Assembly (NCBI GenBank): GCA_951406725.2
Contig: OX597814.1
Span: 21,948,001-22,012,000, forward strand
Direction of reading: 5' to 3'
Source: Octopus vulgaris
Lineage: Eukaryota
DNA length: 64,000 nt
Below, in pieces: positions 1 to 12,141 of the stretch. A program made the position numbers and the translations under genes. Position 1 is the stretch's first letter; every line of letters starts with the position of its first letter. The notes beneath the pieces are model-generated. The model did not search any database and was not told the DNA's origin. It worked only from the letters and a program-made list of their open reading frames with translations.

Positions 1-342
1 TATCATACTCTCAATTTTGGTCAACTTGCACCGCAGGGTCTCAGAGGAGATAGTGTTAGTTGAAGGCTACCAAACCTGCCATACACAGACAACTGCAGCT
101 TTATATATACATAGATGTATTTGAGTTGGCAATTTATATCAATAGGTCTCTTTAATAATATTTCGTATTGGTGTGAAGCGAATGTTTATTTGTCTTGTCA
201 TTAGTCTGTCCTTTGTTTTGATCAATTTGTATATCATATTTGTCTATTTTGTCAACAGTCTGACATATAGGACATCCTCTTTTCTTTTTAAAATTGAATT
301 TATTGACTTTACAAATATTCCTAAATCTCTTTTAAACATGCA

Positions 343-505
343 AGCACAGGCATGTCTGTGTGGTAAGAAATTTGCTTCCCAACCACATGGTTCTGGATTC
401 AGTCCCACTGCATAGCACTTTGGCAAATATCTTGTACTATAACCAGAGGCCAACCAAAGCCTTGTGAGTGGATTTGGTAGATGGAAACTGAAAAAGCCCC
501 CATAT
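343..505 (+). mobile_element. tRNA-derived SINE, family A (5' part)
   Basis: Head GCACAGGCATGTCTGTGTGGTAAGAAATTTGCTTCCCAACCACATGGTTCTGGATTCAGTCCC with A/B-box-like motifs; the same body recurs many times in the window. Confidence 0.75.
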
Positions 506-1894
506 ATATATATATTAAATTCAGACACAGTAGGGTATTTAAATACCACTTGTTATAAAAGGAGCCATCGCTCCTAAACCACCAATAATTCACTATTAAA
601 ATTCACACGGGCAATGCAACGAACATATCAGAAAGAGGCTTACCTTCCTTGGAATACAGAAATAAGGTGTAAACTTACTATATATTATCATTATTATTAT
701 TAATAACGGTAATAATACTTCTTTGATTTATATATATATAAAATAAAATACAAAATGGGACAAGAACGCAAAACATCTGGACAACTAGGTGATACAAAAA
801 GGGACTACAAAACATCCAGATAAACAATACAAAAAAATCATGGATGGGTCATTCAAAGCCTTTTAGTTGCCATATTTCATTTATTAAAGAATTAGATGAA
901 ATCTGAAAACTATTGAGACATCATAGTGGTGAGATACAAAGATATATGTTATAATACATTTAGCTCATATCAGCATGGAAAAAGTTTATAATGATGAATT
1001 GCTGAAAATTTACAGGCTGGCATAAGAACGGGCATCCAGCTGCAGAAACCATGTCAAAGCAGACATTGGAGCTTGGAACAGTTCTCTAGTTTACATGCTC
1101 CTTTGAAATGTCCAACCCAACATGGAAAACGGGTATTAAACAATGATGATAAGGAGGAGGAGGATTTTTAAGTATCATGATAAATTATATTCTCCTTCAA
1201 CTTTCAAATCACTCTTTACTGACAATGGGTAGGAATTCTGCTGCTGAGAATATATGTTACAAGAAAACATTGAGTTAACCTTATATATATACAACATTCA
1301 TATCTACAATTAAAAGACAAACCATACCATGGACATTAACATATAACTAGAGACACAAGTATTGATGTCTGCAATGCCCAGAGAGCCTTATGTTGTAAGA
1401 TAGCAAATGACTGACCTCCCGACCTTATACTTAAGAGAGAATTTTACAGAAGTTGATTCAGTGACAGTAATGACATCAGTTCTTGCTATTTTTACATGTT
1501 TGTATTGCATAACTGCTTTCTTTTGCAACTTTGGATTTGTGTATTATTAGAGTATTTTGCAATGGTAGATATAATGTTCCTTGACTAAGAAGACTTCACA
1601 ATGCTTCAAGCAAGAATTCATCTTAAAATCCTGTGTTCAGTTCTCTTGCATTGTAGCCTCTTATTTATTATAGTCCTTATGGAGAGGTGAGGCTGGTTTG
1701 CATATGGGTGACTGCTGGTCTTCCACAAATCAACCTTGCCCGGTCTTGTGCCTCAGAAGGATCTTCACCCCTTTTGCTCTGTAGCTAGACGGATACATGT
1801 GTTCTACATTTTGAGAAGTTATGAACTGTTTCATGAGTCTTCGTCACACTGGTGTCCTTATTTTGACACCACTCTGACTAATTTTTCTTCTTTT

Positions 1895-2310
1895 CTTTAT
1901 GCCTTTAACCCTCCAACACGGAGTATAGGCCACTTATAGTTGAATTCCATGTCGCATAATTTTTGGCTTCTGTACTAATACTCTGCCATGAATGTCCCCC
2001 CTTCTCTAGTTCCTTTTGTGTTGATCTCCGCCACGAGTTCTTAGGCCTACCTCTCCTTCTATATACATCCGGTTTCCACTGTAAAGCACTTTTCACTACA
2101 TTTGGTATGTTTTTTCTAATTATGCTACCAATCCACTTCCACTTTTTCTTAAATATTTGCTCCCTAATCGAAACTTCATTTGTTCTTTGCCATAGCTCTA
2201 TATTGCTTATGTGTTCAGTCTAATTTTAAGTATCTGTTGATGAATGATTGTATTTGCTTATTTGACTTAACTGTTGTTCGCCATGTTTCAGCCCCATACA
2301 ATAACACTGC
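1895..2310 (-). mobile_element. RTE-clade LINE, 3' end of ORF (degenerate)
   Basis: Minus-strand translations AVLLYGAETWRTTVKSNKQIQSFINRYLK and ALQWKPDVYRRRGRPKNSWRRST match the RTE post-RT domain (LLYG.ETW; R.RGRP..TW). Confidence 0.8.
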
Positions 2311-2425
2311 TTTGAATAATTCAAAACTTATAAAATTCCTCATCTCAGAAATACAGAAATGTGTTTCTCGTGTTCTTTTGTCATAAATAATAATGTAAAA
2401 ATTCTCCACCTCTTTATTTTCTCAG

Positions 2426-2521
2426 AGTAACTCTGACATATCTGCTTATACCTATGAACGAACCCTTATGATGGAACAAAGAACAGAACTGCTGAGTAAT
2501 ATGAGACTGCAGAAAGAAACG
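2426..2521 (+). CDS. KCC: K-Cl cotransporter (SLC12A4-7 type) internal exon: [32 protein letters not shown]
   Basis: ttttctcag acceptor, gttagt donor, 96 nt phase 0/0; [16 protein letters not shown] is the KCC C-terminal signature. Confidence 0.95.
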
Positions 2522-3140
2522 GTTAGTTTTCTTTCTTCTAATTTGCTAATTTGCCTCTAAATAAACTTAATCATCGTTTATCTTTCTCTCATTATATTTT
2601 CTGATGCTGCTAGTTAGCAGAAGAAAGCATATTTAACCCATTATTATTCAGATTTCTCTGTCGAATGTAATGCTTATTTGTTCACATTGATAAAAAAATT
2701 AATCATACATTACATTGTAGCTTTGAGATTTCAGTGATGTGATTGCTTATTTTTAGAATAATATTCTAGGGTAAGTGTGAGAGGACAGCTCTGGTAGAAT
2801 ATTTGGACCAGATATGACTGGCTTAAATGCTAAAGGCTTAATTTCTGTATTGAAACAATTCTTAGTTGTAAGAATCATAATATAATGGATTTCAGCTAAA
2901 TTTAAACAGAATGTCCACACATCATGTATTTATTAGAAAATATGCTTTTTGTTTCTAAAACCATTCATTTTGAAATTGACCATATCATCTAAAGAAGGTA
3001 ATGAGAAATGGCTGCATACCTTACTGAAGCTAAAATATTCTACTGCTCTTTCTCTATTTTACCATATTTGTACTCAATTTTACTATATTTTTTTATGTGC
3101 AATGCACATTATTCTTCTTCTTCTTATTATTATTATTATT

Positions 3141-3697
3141 GAGTGAGAGAGAAGTTCATGCCATCAAAGTGACACTGGGGTAAAATATACGAAGCCCAAT
3201 ATACCAATCATGACTCCCCGTCTGATAAGGGTACACCAGGCACATGCATCACAACCATATGTGCGCGACATGGTGATCTCATATCAAGATAAACAGCACA
3301 TGACCTTGCAGGTGGGGCCCAGTTAGAATTTTCTTCAGGTTGAGTAGCCCATCCCGCTCAAAAGGTCCCTGAATAAGGGTTGTTTAAGGATGTTGAAAGA
3401 ACCACCCATGTTTCTAGAGGTGAATTATTCAAACCCCAAAGAATCCCTCTCAACACATGGCTATGATGCTCCCCCACTACTTCTGCTCATGATCAGAGAT
3501 GCACATATCAGCAGCCACTAAGGGACATGCTCAACTGGTTAAGGTCAAACAACTGACAAGCAAATCTGTGGTATTGAGCAGAATATTTGCTGTAGCCCAT
3601 CTTTTATACCAAGACAAAACAATGTATATGATAACACTTCCAATCAGTTAAGATCAGAAGCCATGAGAGCCACTGCCTGGTACTGCAATAGGGCATT
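3141..3697 (-). mobile_element. Interspersed repeat embedded in (ATT)n, probably 3' region of a (TAA)n-associated non-LTR element
   Basis: Flanked on both sides by ATT repeats; near-identical second copy at ~42427-42742, also abutting (ATT)n. Confidence 0.65.
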
Positions 3698-3867
3698 TAT
3701 TATTATTTATTATTATTATTATTATTATTATTGTTATTAACATCATCATTATTATTATTATTATTATCATCATTATTATTATTATTATTATTATTATTAC
3801 TACTATTAGGTTCAGACAATTATGTTTGTTCTAACTTCCTGGTGTTTGTTGTATTTTTGTTTTGTAG

Positions 3868-4070
3868 GCTCAGTCTATAATTGATCGTGCTCATAATCCT
3901 ACTTCTCTGGAGTCAAAAGATGCGACATTGGAAACAGTTGTTGAAGAGGCCATTGAATTCAATGATGCTGCCAATTCACTAGAACTTGACCGAAGTCAAT
4001 ACACATTTTCTCCATCAGAAGCAAAATCACTTGGAAAAGAATTAGGGAAAGAACTTTTCCAAATGAAACC
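3868..4070 (+). CDS. KCC: KCC exon: AQSIIDRAHNPTSLESKDATLETVVEEAIEFNDAANSLELDRSQYTFSPSEAKSLGKELGKELFQMKP
   Basis: tttgtag acceptor, gttagt donor, 203 nt open, phase 0/2; begins AQ.I.DR and ends LF.MKP as in KCCs. Confidence 0.9.
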
Positions 4071-4304
4071 GTTAGTATTGAATTATTCTATTTGCTAACT
4101 GAAAATTTTCAAGATTATTTCTTTTTTATAATTTTTGATGATTTCTCTTTAATGATAAACAAATTGTTTATTTTCTTTTGAACTTTAAAACTAATATAAT
4201 TGAACTTGTAAAGTGTCCTCTTTCTCTTTTTACTCATCCTGCTTAATATCAGTGCCAAATTTCCTATGTTGACATCTTTACTATCTTTAAAATGCAGACA
4301 ACGA

Positions 4305-4650
4305 CAAGGTTTTCCAACCACATGGTTCCAGGTTCAATCTCACTGCGTGATACCTTAAGCAATTATTTTCTACTATAGTCTTAGGCCAACCAAAGTCCCG
4401 TGAATGGATTTGGTAAACTGAAAGAAGTGTGTGTGTGTGTGTCTGTCTTTGTTCTTCACCACTGCTTGATTGCTGGTGTTGATATGTTTACATCCCCATA
4501 ACTTAGCAGTTCAGCAAAGGAGACCAATTGAATAAGTTCCAGGCTTTAAAAAATAATAAGTGCTGGGGGTTGATTAATTCGATGAAAAGTTCTTCAAGGC
4601 AGTGCACCAGCATGACCACAGTCTAATGACTGAAACAAGCAGAAGATTGA
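4305..4650 (+). mobile_element. SINE family A copy
   Basis: Same head, internal (TG)n and GCATGACCACAGTCTAATGACTGAAACAAG tail as other copies. Confidence 0.75.
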
Positions 4651-4654
4651 GTGT

Positions 4655-5098
4655 CAATATGAGGACAGAGTAGAAGATTCAGAAAGAGTTGGATGAGTCA
4701 GCTGATGATTATGTAGGTACAGCAGCTCAGGAAACTCACTCTGATCAAACTCTTGAATTTGTTGGTGACATCCAGGCCATGATTGACAACAATCCTTCCA
4801 AGTCAATTAGGCTCATTGTTCAGGACATGAGAGTGTCTGAGTCTCTTATCAGGCAGATAGTGCTCTCTTTTACTCTCTTTTACTTGTTTCAGTCATGTGA
4901 CTGTAGCCATACTAGAGTACCGCCTTTTAGTCAAGCAAATCGACCCCAGGATTTATTCTTTGTAAGCCTAGTACTTATTCTATCGGTCTCTTTTGCCGAA
5001 CGGCTAAGTTACGGGGATGTAAACACACCAGCATCGGTTGTCAAGCAATGTTGGGGGGACAAACACAGACATACAAACATACACACACACATACACAC

Positions 5099-5147
<49 letters not shown>

Positions 5148-5600
5148 TACGACAGGCTTCTTTCAGTTTCTGTCTACCAAATCCACTCACAAGGCTTTGG
5201 TTGGCCCAAGGCTATATAGTAGAAGACACTTGCCCAAAGTGCCATGCAATGGGACTGAACTTGGAACCATGTGGTTGATAAGCAAGCTACTTATCACACT
5301 GCCACTCCTACACCTATGAAGTGCATAAAGACATTCGGTATTCCTCATACAAGATGAGAACAGATCAATTTTTGTCCCAAACCAAGGACAAAAGGAAATA
5401 GGATTTTGTCTGGCAAAAGGACTCTACACCATGCCACCCATGCAGGAAAGCACAGTAATGGCTGTCAGTCAATTTCTGTGACCCCATCACCCCTAAAATC
5501 TGGCCACCTAACTCCCCAGACTGCAACCTCCTTGATTATTATGTGTAGAACACAGTGTTAAAATGAAATGTCAGTGTTATTTTCATTTTTGCATAATTTA
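4655..5600 (+). mobile_element. Tc1/mariner-superfamily transposase remnant, split by a SINE
   Basis: IQAMIDNNPSKSIRLIVQDMRVSESLIRQIV (HTH-like) continues after the SINE as HKDIRYSSYKMR; WPPNSPDCNLLDYYV at ~5501-5546 is the Tc1/maT WP..SPD.NP motif. Confidence 0.75.
4864..5316 (-). mobile_element. SINE family A, full-length, nested in the Tc1/mariner remnant
   Basis: Reverse complement of family A with (GAGTAAAA)-type tail; short AGTGC duplicated at the junctions. Confidence 0.8.
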
Positions 5601-5680
5601 GACAACAATATATATATATATATATGTATATTTTTTTTTTTTTCTTTTTTTCTTTCTTTCCTTCCAACTTCATTTTTAAG

Positions 5681-5695
5681 ACAACAAAGAATTTG
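5681..5695 (+). CDS. KCC: Candidate 15-nt frame-preserving KCC microexon (adds QQRIC after MKP)
   Basis: Long polypyrimidine tract + taag acceptor, perfect TTG|gtaagt donor, 15 nt, phase 2/2, no stop. Confidence 0.6.
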
Positions 5696-6443
5696 GTAAG
5701 TATTCCTTTCTTAATGGATTGGTAAGTGATTTGGTACCATTAACCTTTACCTCAACTCCTTATTTATATTTTTCTTTGTTGTTGTTGTTTATTGGTTGTT
5801 TTCTTTTTTTTTTTAGTTTGCTGTTTGCTAAAAAAAATAATTGTTTTGATATGTCCCTCGAGTTAACATGTCAAATCAACAAATCTGTCTGTGGTCATTG
5901 CTGTCTTAAGTTAACACCTGAAATAATAACTGCTACATAAATGTTTGATAAATTATGTAACAAGCCATATTGTAATTAATAATCATTAATTGGTACATCT
6001 GTTAATAATAATCTAGGTAAATGAGTTAGAGGAAAGAGACAGACACATATCAATAATTCATAAAAATTAGTAATAGTGTTTCAAAGTGGTTATGTTTTCT
6101 GAGGCAAAATGTAGGAATTTGGCATACTGCCATAACCATTTCATTCAACTGTTCTTGTACAAGTGCTAATGAGGGAACATTTATACAGTTGCTTAGTCTA
6201 TTAAAAATAGCAGTCAAATCCCTATTATTGCCTTCCTAAAAATTCAATAACATTGGATAATGTAGTTCTAGATATGAGAAGATTAAACAAAACAAAAAAA
6301 AAAGACCAAGAGGGAATGGTCATGATTGGAATGTCTTTGATCATAAGTGTGCTGAATCAAAGCTGACTCGGGGTTAAGCAACAACCATTTCTGTAAGTAT
6401 CTAAATTTAAAAATCCAGCTAAGTATGCCATCTTAGATATATA

Positions 6444-8425
6444 TATCAGGTTATATAGAAAGTTCTGTTCAACTTTTAGCATTTATTTAAAAGTAAAACC
6501 ATATTTTATACTGCAAATTTAATCATATCTTTTATCTTTTACTTGTTCCAGTCATTAGACTGAGGCCATGCTGGGGCATCACCTTGAACTTTTAGTCAAA
6601 TAAGTCAATGCCAGTACTTATTTTTTAAGCCTGGTACTTATTCTATCATTCTCTTTTGCTGAACTGCTAAGTTACAGGGACACAAACACAGATATATATA
6701 TATACTTACACACATACATACAACAGGCTTCTTTTAGTTTCCATCTATCAAATCCTCTCACAAGGCTTTGGTTGGCCTGAGGCTATGGAAGAAGAGACTT
6801 GCCCAAGGTGACTGAACCTGGAACCATGTGGTTGCAAAGCAAGCTTTTCACATCACTTCTCTTTATGTTTGTAAGTCTTTGAACGCCTGATTTCAAAAAA
6901 TTACTTGAGTTTTGAATGAAAATATTCATTTGATTAATTTTCTGTTTTCCCTGCTGGCCATACTTTGTCTAATTTGTTTTGCTCCAAATAAGTAGAAGTC
7001 TGATGGAGCAAGATCTGTAGAATATGGAGAGTTTAGCATTTTCCCCATATAACCAATTTCAGAACAATTGTAATAACTTGTGCAGTGTGAGATAAAACAT
7101 AATCTTGATGAAAGAGGACCTCTTCTTACAGTTTATTAAGGTGGGATGCTTTCTATCTAAAGCAATTTTTAAACAATGAAATTACTGACACAACATTCAA
7201 ATCACATTCGGAAAATAACTGATTTAGCATATTCTCTTCACATTACACGTCTACATTATAATAAAACTTTCTCACGTTTAACAACTGTATTTACAATGAA
7301 TACAAGGCAACTGAGTTTTATACACCTAGAAAATGATTACAAAATATCTATCATTGGACTGCAAAAATATCTAGTACAGATTCAGGCTTTCAAGGAAACC
7401 AACAAATACAAGAGAGAGAATACAATAACATTAGGACTACAGAATGCTATGATAAAACTGTTTTGAGTAGTGACCATGTTTGAGCTTTTTATTTTTTTTG
7501 CCAGAGTAAAAATAGACAAAGAAAAATCCTAACACTGCTAATTCTTTCCATCCCAAACACTCAATACAAATTTTCTGTAGATGAAGTTCCTCCTCATGGG
7601 TGTGGTACAGGTTTTTTTTATCTGGGTTTAACCACTTTCTGTGGAACTTAATATTGCTGTAAACAAAGGCAGCAAGCTAGTAGAATCATTACCATGCTGG
7701 ACAAAATGCTTAGCAGTATTTTGTCCATTTTTATGTTCTGAGTTCAAATTCTGCCAGGATCGATAAAATACGTACCAGTTGAGCACCGAGGTTGATGAAT
7801 TCAATTTATCCCCTTCCCTGAAATTGCTGGCCTTGTGCCAAAATTTGAAACCAGTGTTGCTGTAAACAATCCATTTCTCATCTCTAGTCATGATATGGTT
7901 TGAAATGGTGCTTAGATGTTGCATGTATGGAGCCTTTATTGACAATTTCCTGCTGGAAGAACATAAAGAACCCAATTTCTGTACTTTAAAACTTTCTTAG
8001 CTCTTTTAAATGATTACGAATGGTTAGAATGCTGATATTAGATTCAGTTAAAAGCTCTTTCACTGTCACAGCAGGATTCCTTGCAAGTGTTGCCTCTAGC
8101 ATTTCAACATCCAATTTTGAAGGCTATCTTGATCTAGGCTCACTAAGCAAATTGAAATTGCCACGTCTGAATTCTTCAGTTATTTATGGTTATTACATTT
8201 GCATTAGAACCTCAATGAAACTCATAAAGAATAATGTAACGAATAGGCTCTTTACTTGGTTCCATGATGAGTTCTTCAAACAGAAAATTAATTTACTAAA
8301 ATATGGTTGTTGCTCTATGGAAATTCTTCATAAAATGATTTTACATCAATGAATGCCATCAGTATTGGTAATCTTTACAAAAATACAGACTTGTAATCAG
8401 ACAGAACTTTCTATACAACCTGATA
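6444..8425 (-). mobile_element. mariner DNA transposon (degenerate, with nested SINEs)
   Basis: 25-bp TIRs TATCAGGTT(A/G)TATAGAAAGTTCTGT at 6444-6468 and 8401-8425 in TA context; minus-strand IMTRDEKWIVYSN and SPYSTDLAPSDFYLF motifs. Confidence 0.85.
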
Positions 8426-9397
8426 TATTAATACGTAAGACCTCTTGAATTCCTCAGTAGCAATGTAGTAATAACAAAATGTTTTATTAAAAATTACAGT
8501 CTTAAAAACGAGGTTGCAGAGGGTGGGACAGGGAGTATTTCTCTTAGCTGTTGACATTTTGGATGCAATATTCCATTGCTTAACTTCCTCAGAAATATTC
8601 CTGTCGTTATCCAACATTTGCATTGGCTCAAATGTCTATCAACAGTTCCTCTCCTGCTTCAGTTCTCAGTGTGTTGGTTGTATTGGGGGGGGGGGCTTTT
8701 TGTTCTTTTCTCCAACTCAAGTTGGAGATGAATATATACTATGCATGTTTTGATTAGTTTTCACTAATTATTATTCTTATTAAACACTAAGGTTTTTTTT
8801 TTTTATATTTTGGTTTGTTGAGGTTGTTGATGCCTTCTATTTGCAATGTTTTGTATTTCGATAGAGAAAAACAGAAAATGGGGAAGGAAAATGTTTCTTT
8901 TAATTTACAAGGCCTTAACACAAAAATAGGAGGGTCCTAGAAAGAATTAAGAAATGTTAATTTTTGGAATATGGTACAACGAAATCAAAAACACCCATTC
9001 TTTGTTGTAACACCAATAAACAATTTCTAACCAAAGGTTAAAGGCCGCTAATTCACAGGGCCAGGTTATGGATTCCAGAGTGAGAAAAAAAAATTAAGCT
9101 ACCCCTAGTGAAATTTGAACTTAAAATGTAAAGGAATGTTAATAAAAACTTCATTTCCAATGCTCTAATGAATCTGCAAGGTCAGCAATTTTGAAGGGAT
9201 GGGGTTAATTGATGCCATCAACTTCAGTACTTAGCTGGTACTATTTGTTACCAAACCCAGGTGGAATGTAAAGAGCTGGAACATATACCACACTACATTT
9301 ATTCCAGCACTCTAACAATTCTGCTACCTTGCCACATTTAATAATAATAATAATATTTTCTACTAAAGGCACAAGGGCTGAAATTTTATGGGAGGGA

Positions 9398-9398
<1 letters not shown>

Positions 9399-9447
<49 letters not shown>

Positions 9448-9757
9448 TTTCAGCTTCGCCTCGTATTGCATATTATTTCTCCATACAGGGTTTTTTTTCA
9501 ATGGCGGCCCATTTTCGCGGGGTTCCACTATTCCCTTCTCTCTCTCCCTCTTTTACGTTGTCTGCCATCCCCCCTCTTCCTTTGCTAAGAGCATTTTTAA
9601 GCCAGCCCGTCATATTCCCGTGTCAGGCCGAAGAACGAAATGTTCCCAAGATAAGAGAGTCTTTCTAATCTAATGTTGTGTGGTTGAGCTGTTTATTATT
9701 TATTATTATTACTATTATTATTAGTATTGTCCCTTTGATCCTCGGTCGAAAGTTTGC

Positions 9758-9830
<73 letters not shown>

Positions 9831-10003
9831 TTTCAGCTTCGCCTTGTATTGCATATTATTTCTCCATACAGGGTTTTTTTTCAATGGCGGCCCATTTTCG
9901 CGGGGTTCCACTATTCCCTTCTCTCTCTCCCTCTTTTACGTTGTCTGCCATCTCCCCTCTTCCTTTGCTAAGAGCATTTTTAAGCCAGCCCGTCATATTC
10001 CCG
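9399..10003. repeat. Direct duplication of ~177 bp (9444-9620 and 9827-10003), each copy preceded by (ATT)n
   Basis: Direct comparison shows only two substitutions between the copies. Confidence 0.9.
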
Positions 10004-10254
10004 GTGCACCCGCCCTTGCCCACCCCCACCACCAATACCGGATATCTCTATATTTTTGCTCCATCTATAACGGATGTCGCTTCTCCCACCACCATTATAG
10101 GTGTCTACTCTTCGAACCCCCTCTTCAATACGCTATTTCACCATGCATTACCCCTCTCTTGATATCCTACGTTCTACTTGCCTAGAACCTGTCATCATTT
10201 CTCTGAACCACCCCTCCCCACTGGTGCTCCCCTATATTTCTGCACCCCCCCCCA

Positions 10255-10500
10255 CATAAAAAGCACCATCCGAACGTGGCCGATGCCAGACCCCTCTGGC
10301 ACCTGTGCAGGTGGCACGTAAAAAACACCCACTACACTCGCGGAGTGGTTGGCGTTAGGAAGGGCATCCAGCTGTAGAAACACTGCCAGACTAGACTGGA
10401 GCCTGGGGCAGTCCCTAGCTCCCCAGACCCCGGTCAAAACCGTCCAACCCGTGCTAGCGCGGAAAACGGACGTTAAACGATGATGATGATGATGATGATG

Positions 10501-10502
<2 letters not shown>
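10255..10502 (+). mobile_element. Short retroposon with RTE-like 3' end and (GAT)n tail, family C
   Basis: CACCCACTACACTC..GGAGTGGTTGGCGTTAGGAAGGGCATCCAGCTGTAGAAAC...GGACGTTAAACGATGATG. Other copies near 11240-11520(-), 26525-26883(+), 31915-32342(+), 32360-32585(+), 38755-39100(-), 46143-46650(-), 53770-54002(+). Confidence 0.8.
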
Positions 10503-10539
<37 letters not shown>

Positions 10540-10543
<4 letters not shown>

Positions 10544-10770
10544 TCTTTACTACCCACATGGGGCTAAACACAGAGGGGACAAACAAGGACAGACAAACGG
10601 ATTAAGTCGATTACATTGACTCCAGTGCATAACTGGTACTTAATTTATCAACGCTGAAAGGATGAAAGGCAAAGTTGACCTCGGCGGAATTTGAACTCAA
10701 AACGTAACGCAGACGAAATACGGCTACACATTTTGCCCGGCATGCTAACATTTCTGCCAGCTCGCCACCA
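10540..10770 (-). mobile_element. tRNA-derived SINE, family B
   Basis: Reverse complement of GGCGAGCTGGCAGAAATGTTAGCA...GAGTTCAAATTCCGCCGAGGTC...CCCCTCTGTGTTTAGCCCC..GTGGG..TAAAGAAATA. Other copies at ~39700-39950 and 62675-63094. Confidence 0.8.
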
Positions 10771-12007
10771 TAAAATTTTCATCATTATTTAATGTCTACT
10801 TTTCCATGCTTGCATGAGTCATACGAAATTTGTTGACAGATTTTCTATGGCTAAATGTCCTTCCTATCACCAACCCTTATGCAAAATTGTGATGCAGCTA
10901 GTAGCATATTAATGAGAGTTAGATGGCATGTTAAAATATGGTCGATCAAAGTAGTTTAACCTTTATATGTAGAGTCATGAATCGTGCCTCAACTAGTGAT
11001 AGGAGGTAAGGTAAAGCAGAGAGTTAAATAACAACAAGAGTACTGAAAAATATAAACAGTTGTCCAAGGGAATGTATCACCATTTAGATTATGGGGTTAA
11101 TGAGTAAAGACAACATATGCAAAAGGCAGGTTATTGGAATAAAATAACCCAGACTATAAAAGAAAAACAATAAAGGTTAAATTGGTAAAAGAAGAATAAA
11201 AATGTAAGAATTATGAAATACAAAGGAGACATCATTACCATTTAACATCCGTTTTCCATGCTGGCATGGGTTGGACGGTTTGACTGAAAACTGGGGAGAT
11301 GCACCAGGTTCCTATCTGATTTGGCATGGTTCCTACTGTTGGCTGCCCCTTCTAACACCAACCACTCTAAGAGTGTAGTGAGTGCTTTTTACATGTCATG
11401 CGCATGGGTGCCAGTTATGAAACACTGGCATTGGCCACGACTACAATCTCACTTGGCTTGACAGGTCTTCTCAAGCACAGTACATTGCCAAAGGTCTTGG
11501 TCACTTGTCACTGTTTCCATGAGGCCATAAGTTCAACTGTTGTTATTTTTCAAACTGTGATATAAGTTTTATGCCACGAGGGAAAAGAGATGACCAACAT
11601 ATTGGACACTTGTCCTTGTTTGGTGAAAGAAAAAAATATGATTGTCTTATCACTCAGCTGCAAGATTGTAAACAATTCATTTTGCTGTGACTCTCAATGG
11701 TACAACACATCTTTTATTTATTAAATTAATGATGCAGCACAGAATTTTGTCAGTGAATAGGTTGCGGTCTCAAAGCGCCGAAAATATTTTGACAAATTAA
11801 ATTTAAATGTTGAAGTGTGTTTCTTAAATGGCTTATAAACACCTTCCACGCTGCAATTGTTTTCGTTCCAGCACACGATCTCAGATCAGGTCACTTGCTA
11901 TGCAAGTACATCTCCATAATAAATTAATTTTATTTTCTTCTTAATTTGTTTCTATTTTTGATGTGTTTTTGTTTATTTTTTTGTTTTTTTAATTTTTTCT
12001 GAAATAG

Positions 12008-12141
12008 TGATAAAAAGAATGTACGAAGAATGCACACAGCAGTAAAACTGAATGAAGTAATTGTTGAGAAATCCCATGAAGCACAGCTTGTCATATTAAA
12101 CCTACCAACACCTCCCAGGTCTGAATCTGGAGAACAAAACT
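12008..12141 (+). CDS. KCC: KCC exon: [44 protein letters not shown]
   Basis: aatag acceptor after a long T tract; 134 nt phase 2/1; [16 protein letters not shown] is KCC-diagnostic. Confidence 0.97.

Noticed and set aside
1-2425. Further upstream KCC exon (…EVEVVEM)
   Set aside because: Not found; presumably lies before the window
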